A DNA stretch of 64,000 bases, taken from assembly GCA_050260015.1 (NCBI GenBank), contig JBLNBN010000046.1, forward strand, positions 4,699 through 68,698, given 5' to 3'. Shown here in pieces: positions 1 to 9,646 of this stretch. The stretch comes from Chloroflexota bacterium (lineage in GTDB: Bacteria; Bacteroidota; Ignavibacteria; Kapaibacteriales; UBA2268). The notes beneath the pieces are model-generated. The model saw only the letters and a list, made by a program, of their open reading frames with translations. It ran no database searches and was not told the DNA's origin. A program made the position numbers and the translations under genes. How positions within the stretch are numbered: position 1 is the stretch's first letter; every line of letters begins with the position of its first letter.

Positions 1-150
1 TAACGCCGCATGCCGTATGGAGTGGCCGCGTTCGTTCTTTCGCTTTTTACGTTCGTATCGTTCACCTTGCTCTCCTTGGACTTACAAGAGAAAGCGGAAA
101 AGATGAGGACCATAAATATTAAGAAGTAGTTCATTCCCGCATTCCGTATA

Positions 151-615
151 TTATATGCCAGACATTTTATTTATAATCGACGTGCTTGAACGCCCTGCGA
201 GGAAAGGGATTACAACTACCCTGCCCCCGCGGCTTTTAACGAAATCAGCGCCCACGATATCCTCCTCGCGGTAGTCGCCCCCTTTCACCAAAACGTCCGG
301 AGCGATTAATTCGATAAGGTCCTTTGGGGTGTCTTCCGTAAACTGGACGACGAGATCGACCGGCTTCAAGGCGTCGAGGACGGTCGCGCGGTCCTCCTCG
401 CTATTTATAGGTCTTGATTCGCCTTTTAGCCTTTTTACCGAAGCGTCCGAATTTAGGCCGACGATTAAGATATCCGCCAATTTTTTAGCTTCCCCCAGGT
501 AAGCTATATGCCCTGCGTGCAGCACGTCGAAGCAGCCGTTAGTAAAAGCGACCGTTAATCCGCGCTCGCGGGCCTGCTTTGCTACCTGCCCGGCAGCGTT
601 CCAGTCAAGAACCAA
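151..615 (-). CDS. rfaE2: D-glycero-beta-D-manno-heptose 1-phosphate adenylyltransferase (RfaE/HldE domain II, cytidylyltransferase fold)
   Basis: 154 aa. [13 protein letters not shown] nucleotidyltransferase motif. Start codon lies 1 nt after the stop of the upstream kinase ORF, as in a split HldE. Confidence 0.85.
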   Translation of the reverse strand: MVLDWNAAGQVAKQARERGLTVAFTNGCFDVLHAGHIAYLGEAKKLADILIVGLNSDASVKRLKGESRPINSEEDRATVLDALKPVDLVVQFTEDTPKDLIELIAPDVLVKGGDYREEDIVGADFVKSRGGRVVVIPFLAGRSSTSIINKMSGI

Positions 616-616
616 T

Positions 617-1612
617 TTAGCGGCTCCCGTTTAGGTTTATAGAGTTTATTAGGTCTTCGGGTTCGATAGCTACTATGCCCGGTTTCTCGCATACTATGCC
701 CGAGGCGAAGTTGGCCATTGCTGCGGCTTCTTTTATTTTAGCGCCGCCGGCGATCGCTGCGGCGAGCGTGGCAATAGCCGTATCCCCGGCTCCCGATACG
801 TCGGCAACCTGGCGCGCGCGCGTGCGTACGCCGGAGACGTCGCCGCCGCGCTCGAAGAGAGTCATGCCTTCGGCGCCGAGAGTGATCAATACGTTCTCGC
901 AGTTAAGCAGGTTCAAGAGCTTCGCCCCCGCGGCCCGTATCGATTCTTTATCTGTCAGCTTGAAACCCAACGCCTTTTCGGCCTCTTTTCTATTGGGCTT
1001 AAAGAGGAAGCAATCTTTATAGGAAAAGAAGTTATCGAATTTCGGATCGACGAAGACCGGGATGCCCCGCTTCCTGCAGAAAGCGGAAACGCGTTCTATT
1101 AGTCTTCTCTCTATCGCGCCCTTATCGTAGTCTTCGAATATTACCCCGCTAAGGTTCTCGGCGGCTTCGAGCTTATCAATTATAAACTGCTCGCCAGCTT
1201 CGGAGAGAGGATTAGTAATTTCCCTGTCCAGGCGCGCTATATGTTGGTTGTTCCCTATTATTCTCGTTTTAACTGTCGTAGGCCGAACGTCGTCCGGGTA
1301 AAGCCCGTCAGTGTCTATGCCGGAGCCTCGGGCGATCTCGGTAAACGTCCTGCCGTAATAATCCGCGCCAATAACGCCGCATAGGAACGGGCGAGCGCCG
1401 AGCGTTTTCAAATTTTTGGCGACGTTAGCCGCGCCTCCAAGATGAAACGTTTCGCGTTCAATATCTATAACCGGTACGGGAGCTTCCGGGGATATGCGGC
1501 TAACGCTTCCCCAGAAATATCTATCCAGCATTACGTCGCCAATTACCGCTATGGACTTTCCCGATATGTTTGACAGGATGTCCTCAGCGCGTTTGCCGTT
1601 AAGTTTTACCAT
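617..1612 (-). CDS. rfaE1: D-glycero-beta-D-manno-heptose-7-phosphate kinase (RfaE/HldE domain I, PfkB sugar kinase)
   Basis: 331 aa PfkB-family kinase (GAGDT motif near the C-terminus). Immediately precedes the adenylyltransferase ORF. Confidence 0.85.
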   Translation of the reverse strand: MVKLNGKRAEDILSNISGKSIAVIGDVMLDRYFWGSVSRISPEAPVPVIDIERETFHLGGAANVAKNLKTLGARPFLCGVIGADYYGRTFTEIARGSGIDTDGLYPDDVRPTTVKTRIIGNNQHIARLDREITNPLSEAGEQFIIDKLEAAENLSGVIFEDYDKGAIERRLIERVSAFCRKRGIPVFVDPKFDNFFSYKDCFLFKPNRKEAEKALGFKLTDKESIRAAGAKLLNLLNCENVLITLGAEGMTLFERGGDVSGVRTRARQVADVSGAGDTAIATLAAAIAGGAKIKEAAAMANFASGIVCEKPGIVAIEPEDLINSINLNGSR

Positions 1613-1688
1613 TATGTGCTCTTCAGTTCAAATCGAAAAAATGCTTCTTACAAAATTAATATAACAATTTTAATAAAATAGGATTTTA

Positions 1689-2594
1689 TTACATCGATTC
1701 AGCAGATATTAGTTTATTTTGAAGTAAAGCCGCGTCGAGCGGGGTAAACTTTATATTAAGATCCGTTTCTGCCTTTAGGTTGATCAGTCCTCCCCTCTCA
1801 GGCCTTTTAGCGGATTGCTTCAACTCTTCCGGCGCTATCTTTATTATTAATTCCTGCGGAAGCCTTAAGGCGTTGGCAATGGCGACAGCTATTTCATAAC
1901 GCGAGAGATAGTCGGGGCCGGCGAAATTGAAAATGCCGATCCTGTTCTTTTCTATTAGCTTGAGCAAACCTCTCGCTATATCGACGTTAAGAGTTGGGTT
2001 GCAATACTGGCCGTCGACGACGCGGATCTCCGAGCCGTTTTTTAGCGAATTGATCACCCAATCAATAAAGTCGGTCTTTGCGAACGTCGCCTTTCCATAA
2101 ACTACATTTGTTCGGACGACGCAGGACTTATCGTGGTTATTAAGCGCATAGTTTTCCGCTGCGAGTTTCGTCTTCCCGTAATAATTCAGCGGCGACGGTT
2201 TAGCGGTCTCGCTGTAGGGGCCGGAGACCCCGTCGAATATGTAATCGGTGGATATCGTTATAAACTGCGCCTCGGTTACCTTGCTGATGTTCGTAAGGGT
2301 TTCAACCAGAGTAGTGTTCAGCTTGCGGCATTCCGTCTTTTCCGATTCGCAGAGATCTACGTTCGTCATTGCCGCGCAATTTATTATAGCAGTAGGTCGG
2401 AAATCGTATATCGCCCTCTTCAGGCTTTTCTTTTCCAGTATGTCTATTTGGTGATATTTCCCTTTATATAATAAGAAATTTGCTTCCCTTCTGCCGAGAG
2501 CCAGTATTTCGCAGTCGGCTTCCGTGGACGCAATATTGAAAAAGGCTTCGCCTACCCTGCCGGTCGCCCCGACAATGACTATTCTATGTTTCAT
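1689..2594 (-). CDS. rmlD: dTDP-4-dehydrorhamnose reductase family (RmlD-like SDR)
   Basis: 301 aa. N-terminal GATGRVG Rossmann motif, NCAAMTNVDLCE, STDYIFDG and YGKTKL motifs typical of RmlD. Confidence 0.75.
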   Translation of the reverse strand: MKHRIVIVGATGRVGEAFFNIASTEADCEILALGRREANFLLYKGKYHQIDILEKKSLKRAIYDFRPTAIINCAAMTNVDLCESEKTECRKLNTTLVETLTNISKVTEAQFITISTDYIFDGVSGPYSETAKPSPLNYYGKTKLAAENYALNNHDKSCVVRTNVVYGKATFAKTDFIDWVINSLKNGSEIRVVDGQYCNPTLNVDIARGLLKLIEKNRIGIFNFAGPDYLSRYEIAVAIANALRLPQELIIKIAPEELKQSAKRPERGGLINLKAETDLNIKFTPLDAALLQNKLISAESM

Positions 2595-2602
2595 ATTCTA
2601 AT

Positions 2603-2616
2603 GTTTCACGTGGAAC
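2603..2616. promoter_or_regulatory. Palindrome GTTTCACGTGGAAC 8 nt upstream of the rmlD start codon (copy 1 of 2)
   Basis: Near-perfect inverted repeat around a CACGTG core. Same motif and spacing as the copy upstream of mnmG. Confidence 0.5.
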
Positions 2617-2636
2617 AATTCGTTAAGCTTGAAAAT

Positions 2637-4493
2637 TTACCTTAAGAACACTGAAAGAGTCGCGACGTCCGCAGAGGAGACTCCGGAGATTCTCGACGCC
2701 TGGCCGAGAGAACGCGGCCTTACTTTCTTTAACTTTTCACGCGCCTCGTTCGAAAGCGAAGTTAATGCGTCGTAGTCTATGTGGTCCGGTATCCTTTTCT
2801 CTTCGTTTTCTTTAAAGTATTCTATCTCCCTTCTCTGACGTTCTATATAGCCTTCGTACTTTACTTCCCATTCCATTTTAAAAGTTTCTTCGTCAGTAAG
2901 GGCTAAATGCGTAAAGATATCCAGTGGAATGCGTTTTAGGAGGTCGCTCATATGAAAACCGCTTCGTTTCAAAAGCGTATATATGTCCGTAGTTTCAGCG
3001 ATAGGACTTTCGCCTATCTCGATTAAATATGGATTGACCTGGTTTGCCTTTAGCTTTACAGTTTTTAAGTACCCCAAGCCCTGGCCTACTTTATTGACGC
3101 TCTCGCAGACGGAAACGTAATCGCTCTCGGGCACGGTTCCGAGCTTAAAAGCGTATTTCATCAATCTTTCCCGGGCGTTGTCCTGTCTCAGCAACAATCT
3201 GTACTCGGCTAGAGAAGTAAAGATACGGTAGGGCTCCTCCGAACTCTTATTTACTAAGTCGTCGATTAGAACGCCGATGTAAGATTCGGAGCGGGAAAGA
3301 ACGAAGGGATCCATTCCCTTTGCCTTCAAAGCGGCGTTTATTCCCGCAATTAATCCCTGGGAGGCCGCTTCCTCGTACCCGCTCGTGCCGTTTATCTGGC
3401 CCGCAAAGAATAGCCCCGAGATATTTTTTGTTTCCAGCGTAAACTTTAATTGATACGGGAAAAAGAAATCATATTCAATCGCGTAACCTGGTCTAAGCAT
3501 AACGCAATTCTCAAGCCCCGGTATTTTCTTCAAGCCGCGCAACTGGACGTCGGCCGGCAAGCTCGTGGAATAACCGTTTACGTATGTAAAATTGGAATCC
3601 AACGCCTCGGGTTCAAGTAATATTTTATGCGATGTCCTATCGGCGAACCTGTTTATTTTATCCTCGATCGACGGGCAGTAGCGCGGTCCCGTTCCTTTTA
3701 TACGCCCGGTAAACATTGGCGATCTTTCAAAGCCCTCGCGGAGTACGTCGTGAACAGCTTCATTTGTTTCCGTCATAAAGCAATTTATTAAATTCTGAAC
3801 GGCTGGCGTTCCGTAGTGGAACGGCTGGGGTCTAAAATCGCCGGGCGCAATCGTTACCTTTTTATAGTCTATGCTCGCGGCGTGTACTCGCGGAGGGGTT
3901 CCCGTCTTTAAGCGGGATTTCTCCAGTCCGTGGCCGTTTAGCTTAGAAGATATCTTATCGGAGCTAGGTTCGTTAACCCTGCCGCCGCGGCTGGTCTCCT
4001 CCCCCGTATGCATTACCCCGTTTAGGAATGTGCCTGCGCAAAGTATGACCGTCGCGCCATATATTGAAGTCCCCTCAGACGTGACGACGCCTTTGACGGT
4101 ATAATTATCAACGATAACGTCGTCCGCCGCAGCCGTTATTATATCGAGATTCTCGGTCGCATTAAGCAGTTCGTTTGCAAAAACAGGATAAAGCTTTTTA
4201 TCGATTTGCGCGCGAGGCGACCAGATGGCGGGACCTTTTGATTTGTTCAGCATCTTGAATTGGAGCCCCGCGCGATCCGCCAGTATGCCCTGGGCTCCGC
4301 CGAGAGCGTCTATTTCCTTAACCAAGTGCCCCTTTGCCGCGCCGCCAATAGAAGGATTGCAGGAGGGCTTCCCTATCGTTGCGGGATTCATTGTGACCAG
4401 GGCAGTCCTGCAACCCAATAGGGCCGCTATTCTACCGGCTTCTATACCGGCGTGTCCCCCGCCGACGACTATTACATCATATTTTATCTTCAT
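2637..4493 (-). CDS. mnmG: tRNA uridine-5-carboxymethylaminomethyl(34) synthesis enzyme MnmG (GidA)
   Basis: 618 aa. N-terminal [19 protein letters not shown]-binding motif and overall GidA architecture. Confidence 0.95.
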   Translation of the reverse strand: MKIKYDVIVVGGGHAGIEAGRIAALLGCRTALVTMNPATIGKPSCNPSIGGAAKGHLVKEIDALGGAQGILADRAGLQFKMLNKSKGPAIWSPRAQIDKKLYPVFANELLNATENLDIITAAADDVIVDNYTVKGVVTSEGTSIYGATVILCAGTFLNGVMHTGEETSRGGRVNEPSSDKISSKLNGHGLEKSRLKTGTPPRVHAASIDYKKVTIAPGDFRPQPFHYGTPAVQNLINCFMTETNEAVHDVLREGFERSPMFTGRIKGTGPRYCPSIEDKINRFADRTSHKILLEPEALDSNFTYVNGYSTSLPADVQLRGLKKIPGLENCVMLRPGYAIEYDFFFPYQLKFTLETKNISGLFFAGQINGTSGYEEAASQGLIAGINAALKAKGMDPFVLSRSESYIGVLIDDLVNKSSEEPYRIFTSLAEYRLLLRQDNARERLMKYAFKLGTVPESDYVSVCESVNKVGQGLGYLKTVKLKANQVNPYLIEIGESPIAETTDIYTLLKRSGFHMSDLLKRIPLDIFTHLALTDEETFKMEWEVKYEGYIERQRREIEYFKENEEKRIPDHIDYDALTSLSNEAREKLKKVRPRSLGQASRISGVSSADVATLSVFLR

Positions 4494-4502
4494 ATATAAA
4501 TT

Positions 4503-4516
4503 GTTCCACGTGGAAC
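4503..4516. promoter_or_regulatory. Perfect 14-nt palindrome GTTCCACGTGGAAC, 9 nt upstream of the mnmG start codon, in the 24-nt mnmE-mnmG gap (copy 2 of 2)
   Basis: Seen directly in sequence. Candidate operator or RNA hairpin. Confidence 0.5.
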
Positions 4517-4517
4517 G

Positions 4518-5870
4518 TTACTTCCCAATGCAGTATTTCGAAAAAATGCTTTCTAAAACGTCACTATTGACGTTGTCGCCAGTTATTTCGTCCAATTTAG
4601 AAATTGCAGCCCGCACGTCGATAGCAATCACTTCGTTTTCGCGCGAATTTAAAAGGGCGAAGCGAGCCGAGACAAGGTTTTGTTTCGCTTCGTTCAGCAG
4701 GCCGAACTGGCGGGCGTTTAGAAGATACTCTTTTGCGCTGGCCCCGCTCTTAGCGGAGAGGGTGAAGAGCATTTCCTTGATTTCACTTACTCCGAAGCCT
4801 TTCCTCGCGGAAACTAAATTTTCTACGCCTTCGGGCGATCCGTCTTTAAGGCGATCAGCCTTATTTTGAACTAAGATTATCTCGGCTTCGGGGTATAGCT
4901 TTCCAATCTTTTCCCTTAGCGAATCGGAACGGCCAAAGCCGAGCGACGCGTCGTTTACTAGCACGATAGCGTTCGCTTGCGCCAGCATCGAGCGCACCAT
5001 TCTTATGCCTTCTATCTCGATTACGTCCGTCGCCTTGCGAAGGCCCGCCGTATCGAATATCTTGAACGGCAGAGAGCGTATGTAGGTGAATTCCTCCAGG
5101 TAGTCGCGCGTTGTTCCTGGGATCTTGCTTACAATGGCGCGCTTGCTCCCAATTATCGCGTTAAATAGGGTTGATTTCCCGGAGTTGGGATAGCCCGCAA
5201 TGCAGACCCTATACCCATTGCGGTATATCTCCGCGGCTTTATACGCGTCGGAGATGTTGTCGGAAAACGAAATAGCGTCTTCTATGAGCGCGATTAACTG
5301 GGCGCGGTCCACGAACTCGACGTCCTCGTCGGAAAAGTCGAGTTCGAGCTCCAATAGCGCGGCAATGCGCACTAAGTCGGAACGATAGTTCTTTATCTTA
5401 TTAGTAAAAGCCCCGAGCGATTGACGCGTGGAAGCCTGCGCGGAGGGTTCCGATATGGAATGAATAAGATCCGCTATAGCCTCCGCTTTAACAAGATCCA
5501 ACTTGCCGTTAAGAAATGCGCGGCGCGTAAATTCGCCGGGTTCGGCCGGGAAGGCGCCCTGCTTGAGCGTTTCGGCGATAATTTCCGAGCTGACGACGTA
5601 ACCGCCGTGGCAAGTTATCTCGACGACGTTCTCGCCGGTGTAGGAGCGGGGGGCGCGGAAGATGGAAACCGTCGCTTCGTCGATAACGTCGCCAGTTCCG
5701 GGGCTGATTATTTTACCGAACCAAATAGTGTTCGCCGGCGCCTCTGTCAATTTTACAGCGCCTTTAAATATCTTACCTGTTATCTCGAACGCTTCCGGTC
5801 CCGAGAGCCGTACGACGGCTAGTCCGGACACTCCGGCGGGGGTGGATAGCGCAACGATGGTTTTGATCAT
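4518..5870 (-). CDS. mnmE: tRNA modification GTPase MnmE (TrmE)
   Basis: G-domain motifs (GYPNSGKST, DTAG, NKAD) and C-terminal CIGK. The ORF track extends to 5912; the start is more likely the internal Met (MIKTIVALSTPAG) at 5870. Confidence 0.9.
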   Translation of the reverse strand: MIKTIVALSTPAGVSGLAVVRLSGPEAFEITGKIFKGAVKLTEAPANTIWFGKIISPGTGDVIDEATVSIFRAPRSYTGENVVEITCHGGYVVSSEIIAETLKQGAFPAEPGEFTRRAFLNGKLDLVKAEAIADLIHSISEPSAQASTRQSLGAFTNKIKNYRSDLVRIAALLELELDFSDEDVEFVDRAQLIALIEDAISFSDNISDAYKAAEIYRNGYRVCIAGYPNSGKSTLFNAIIGSKRAIVSKIPGTTRDYLEEFTYIRSLPFKIFDTAGLRKATDVIEIEGIRMVRSMLAQANAIVLVNDASLGFGRSDSLREKIGKLYPEAEIILVQNKADRLKDGSPEGVENLVSARKGFGVSEIKEMLFTLSAKSGASAKEYLLNARQFGLLNEAKQNLVSARFALLNSRENEVIAIDVRAAISKLDEITGDNVNSDVLESIFSKYCIGK

Positions 5871-6008
5871 GTTTATCTGTATATTAAAAATAAGGCTTAC
5901 TACGAACTTCAAAAATAATCAAAAAGGAGTTAATAATAAATTCCAAAAGACGGCGTAATTTTATGAAAAATAAAAACGTTTGCAAAGAAAATTTGTTAAA
6001 TTTGCGTT

Positions 6009-7124
6009 ATGGATTATGACGTTGCAATTATTGGGGCGGGAGCGGTCGGGCTGGCCGTCGCCCGGGCGCTGAGCGGAGGCGGGCTGAGGGCCGTCGTCTT
6101 CGAGCGGCACGCCTCGTTTGGTTGGGAAACGAGCTCGCGCAATAGCGAGGTCGTTCACGCCGGGATTTATTACAAGCCGGGCTCGCTAAAGGCGAAGCTC
6201 TGCGTCGAGGGAAATGCGAAGCTTTACGAATGGTGCGAAAGCAGGCGCGTCCCCTACCGGAAAATTGGGAAGTACTTAATAGCTATAAAAGAAAACGAAG
6301 TGGAAACGCTTGAAGGCGTCTGCCGGAACGCGCAGGAAAATGGCGCGCGGGGCGTAGAAATGGTCTCAAACGATCGGCTGCGGCGCGAGGAGCCTTACGT
6401 CAAGGCTGCGGCGGGCGCGTTCTCCCCTTCCACGGGGATAATCGATTCGCATAAATATATGGAAAGCCTCGTAGAGGCGGCCAAGGATGCGGGGTGCGAC
6501 TTCGCTTTCGCGCACGAAGTAGTCGCTATCGGGAAAATTAGCGGCGGGTACCGCTTGCTCGCGCGGCATGAAAGCGGCGAGGAGTTCGGCGTGGACGCGA
6601 CTCGCATAGTCAACTCGGCCGGGCTCGACTCCGATCGAGTCGCCGCTATGGCAGGGCTAGACGCCCGCGAGACGGGCTACGAGCTTGCATACTGCCAGGG
6701 GCGTTATTTTAGGCTCAGCCCGGGCAAGAATTATTTAGCCCGGCATTTGATCTATCCCGTGCCGCAAAAGAATTACGCTGGCCTGGGCGTGCATGTAACG
6801 TTGGACCTTGCCGGGGGCGTTAAGTTCGGTCCCGACGCAGAGTATATCCCGCGGGAATTACGCTACGCAGTCGACGAGAAGCTGCGCGATAAGTTTTACG
6901 AGGCGGCTTCGTCCTACTTAATAGGCCTGGAGCGCGGGGATCTATCCCCCGACCAGGCGGGAATCAGGCCGAAATTGCAGCGGGCCGGCGAGCCGGAAAG
7001 AGATTTCGTTATCGCCGAAGAGTCGTCCCGCGGGCTGCCCGGATTTATAAATTTAATAGGCATCGAATCGCCGGGCCTGACAAGCTCGCTCGCTATTGGG
7101 GACCTGGCGATGAAGTTTATCTGA
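6009..7124 (+). CDS. lhgO: FAD-dependent oxidoreductase, L-2-hydroxyglutarate oxidase-like (DAO family)
   Basis: 371 aa. DVAIIGAGAVGLAVA dinucleotide-binding motif. LhgO-like family assignment is from memory of the family. Confidence 0.6.
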   Translation: MDYDVAIIGAGAVGLAVARALSGGGLRAVVFERHASFGWETSSRNSEVVHAGIYYKPGSLKAKLCVEGNAKLYEWCESRRVPYRKIGKYLIAIKENEVETLEGVCRNAQENGARGVEMVSNDRLRREEPYVKAAAGAFSPSTGIIDSHKYMESLVEAAKDAGCDFAFAHEVVAIGKISGGYRLLARHESGEEFGVDATRIVNSAGLDSDRVAAMAGLDARETGYELAYCQGRYFRLSPGKNYLARHLIYPVPQKNYAGLGVHVTLDLAGGVKFGPDAEYIPRELRYAVDEKLRDKFYEAASSYLIGLERGDLSPDQAGIRPKLQRAGEPERDFVIAEESSRGLPGFINLIGIESPGLTSSLAIGDLAMKFI

Positions 7125-7245
7125 AAGAACGAATAGAAATATTTAAATAAAACTTATAAATAATTGTCCTGTAGCGCCTTAAAGGCCTCCTTGGCATGTT
7201 ATTTGCTTCATTTACCGAAGCTAAAACCATAATTACGAGTCCAAA

Positions 7246-9324
7246 ATGATAGACAGAAGCAAATTCGCTGATTTTATCCGCGGCGAAGGATACGAAATGG
7301 TTACTTTTAACGAGGAGCCAATCTCGGACAAGCTCTCTCGCCTTGAATTGATTTATAAGAAGTTCGAAGAGGACGAAGACGCTCCGCAAAACGATTTCGA
7401 TTCTGATCTCTTTGCGGAGGTTATGAATATGAGCAGCTTCGACGACGCGGAGCTATTCCCCCCGGAGGAGGCGTCGGCGCTCTCGCAATCGGCCCCGTCT
7501 TTCGACTTCTCGGACTTCGAGGCGATTTCTGATCAGTCGCCCGAGGCTAAGGTACCCCCCGCAATCAATCTTATCTGGGAGGGCTCGCAATTCGTATGGC
7601 ATTCGCTTGCTCTGATCAATCGCGAACATTGCCTGAATATAATCAAATCAGGCGGCGCCGAGCTTACTATTATCCCTTACGAGCAGGACCAGTTCACGCC
7701 CGAAGGGAGGCTGACCCCGCTAAAGGATTACGATATCAGGTACAAAGCCGATGCTCCCGAGGACGTTTCGCGCCTGCCGTACGTGTGGATTCGTCACCAA
7801 TGGCCGCCAAAGGCCGATCCGCCCAGCGGCGCTAAGTGGATTATAATGCAGCCCTGGGAGTTTACCGAGCATAGAAAAGACTTCCTTGAAATATTCAATA
7901 ACGCCGTCGAGATATGGACGCCGTCCAATTACTCGCGCAATTCTTTTATTAACTCGGGCGTCAATCCGGATAAAGTTCAGATAGTGCCTAATGGGGTAAA
8001 TCCAGAAACGTTTAAGCCTTACGGTGAAAAATTTGAATTGGACACCGAAAAGAAGCTTAAATTCCTGTTCGTCGGCGGCACGATCTACAGAAAGGGCATA
8101 GATATATTATTGGAGGCATATTCCGAAGCGTTTACGGCGGAGGACGACGTAGCGCTTATTATTAAGGATATGGGCGGGGACTCCTTCTACATGGGGCAAA
8201 CCGCTAAGGAAGCTATTAAAAAATTACAGGCCAAGCCGGGCACGCCGGAGATAATTTACGTCGACGAATACCTCGCCGAGGAAGAAATGGCCGCTCTCTA
8301 CCGCACATGCGACGTGTTCGTCTCGCCGTACCGCGGCGAGGGCTTCTCGTTGCCGGCTTTAGAAGCTATGGCGTGCGGCTTGCCGCTCGTTGTGACTGAA
8401 GGCGGTTCGACCGAGGACTTCGTACCGGACGCGTTCGCGCAAAAGATAAGCGCAAAGAAAATATCGATAGGGACAAAGCTCGGCGAAAGCGAGCTCGCGG
8501 GCGAGGCTTTTATGCTCGAACCGGACCGCGACGAGCTGCGCCAAACTCTTATTGATTTATACAAGAACCCGCAGGAAATTAAGCAAACAGGCCTAATGGC
8601 GTCGGAGTACGCTCGCTCCATGTGGACGTGGCGTCGCGCTACAATTAAAGCCCTGTCGAGAATTGATTACCACTGCGGCACACAGCTTGCGATACAGGCG
8701 GAAAATGAATTACCTATGTTCGAGGACGACGCTATAACGCTCAGCCGGGCTGAAAGGCTTTATCAAAAGGACGATTACGAAGGCGCGGAGCCGCTGTTCT
8801 ACGACGTTTCTTCCTCGGCGACGCTCTATCCCGAGCAGATCGCCTTCGCGTTTAATAGGTTGGGCGTTATCGCCCTCTCCCGCGGGGAAAATCTCCAGGC
8901 CGAAGAGCTCTTCGGCAAGGCGGAGCTACTGGCCCCCGATTCCATCGACTGCAAGTACTACCGATCAATCTGGCTGAACTCGAACGGCCAAACGATCGAA
9001 GCGTTGGAAGAAATCTCGGCTGCGCTCGACGCGTGGCACGACAAGAAATTTTTCAGCTACGCCGCGCTTAAGCTTGAAGACCTTTTGCTGTTGACCGGCG
9101 ACCTGCTCTATATTTCCGAGGATCCGCAGGCGGCGCTGCAGGTTTATACGGCCGCGCTGAAGATAAACAACGAAAGCGCGTTCGCTTGCTATGGCGCCGC
9201 GCTTTGCCTCGAGGCGCTGGATTCCCCGGAGAAAGCTCGCGAGATGCTCGAGTGGGCGGTGAAGATTAATCCCGGCTTCGAGCAGGCAAAAAAGAAGCTG
9301 GAGGAAATGAACGCGGCAGATTAA
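7246..9324 (+). CDS. Glycosyltransferase family 1 (GT-B) with acidic N-terminal region and C-terminal TPR repeats
   Basis: 692 aa. Central GT1 motif (FVGGTIYRKGIDIL...EGFSLPALEAMACGLPLVVTEGG). C-terminal approximately 200 aa is TPR-like. No signal peptide. Confidence 0.7.
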   Translation: MIDRSKFADFIRGEGYEMVTFNEEPISDKLSRLELIYKKFEEDEDAPQNDFDSDLFAEVMNMSSFDDAELFPPEEASALSQSAPSFDFSDFEAISDQSPEAKVPPAINLIWEGSQFVWHSLALINREHCLNIIKSGGAELTIIPYEQDQFTPEGRLTPLKDYDIRYKADAPEDVSRLPYVWIRHQWPPKADPPSGAKWIIMQPWEFTEHRKDFLEIFNNAVEIWTPSNYSRNSFINSGVNPDKVQIVPNGVNPETFKPYGEKFELDTEKKLKFLFVGGTIYRKGIDILLEAYSEAFTAEDDVALIIKDMGGDSFYMGQTAKEAIKKLQAKPGTPEIIYVDEYLAEEEMAALYRTCDVFVSPYRGEGFSLPALEAMACGLPLVVTEGGSTEDFVPDAFAQKISAKKISIGTKLGESELAGEAFMLEPDRDELRQTLIDLYKNPQEIKQTGLMASEYARSMWTWRRATIKALSRIDYHCGTQLAIQAENELPMFEDDAITLSRAERLYQKDDYEGAEPLFYDVSSSATLYPEQIAFAFNRLGVIALSRGENLQAEELFGKAELLAPDSIDCKYYRSIWLNSNGQTIEALEEISAALDAWHDKKFFSYAALKLEDLLLLTGDLLYISEDPQAALQVYTAALKINNESAFACYGAALCLEALDSPEKAREMLEWAVKINPGFEQAKKKLEEMNAAD

Positions 9325-9399
9325 ATATTGTTTATTTATTAACCCTGCGTGAAAGAGATTTTTCTTCCATAAATCAGTTTTACGGGCATTTTACAGGAG

Positions 9400-9425
9400 A
9401 AGCCGAACATTGGTTCGGCTTTTCT
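9400..9425 (+). terminator. Rho-independent terminator hairpin (AAGCCGAAC-ATTG-GTTCGGCTT) plus T-rich tail
   Basis: Perfect 9-bp stem directly after the GT1-TPR gene. Confidence 0.6.
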
Positions 9426-9646
9426 CGTTATACGCCAAATAAGCGATAAATCCGCTATGCGGGGCGCTTTAATATTCGTTTAATGGTGGAGCGGTCCGGT
9501 TACGAAAAGTTTAAGTGTAACTAAATTGCTTTTAATGTGTTATTTAATTTTGAGAATACAAAGAAATCGTTTAAATATTTCATAAAATTTTGATAAATTA
9601 TAATTCGGGAAAAGTGAATTTTCAAACTTTCTATAAAGGTATCAAT

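Noticed and set aside
5871-5912. Upstream 14-codon extension of mnmE (MKFVVSLIFNIQIN)
   Set aside because: Conserved MnmE N-termini begin at the internal Met (MIKTIVALSTPAG). The extension runs into the AT-rich divergent promoter region.
4225-5958. Plus-strand ORFs (214 aa, 133 aa, 98 aa) overlapping mnmG and mnmE
   Set aside because: Antisense to two highly conserved genes. No motifs. Composition is consistent with spurious frames.
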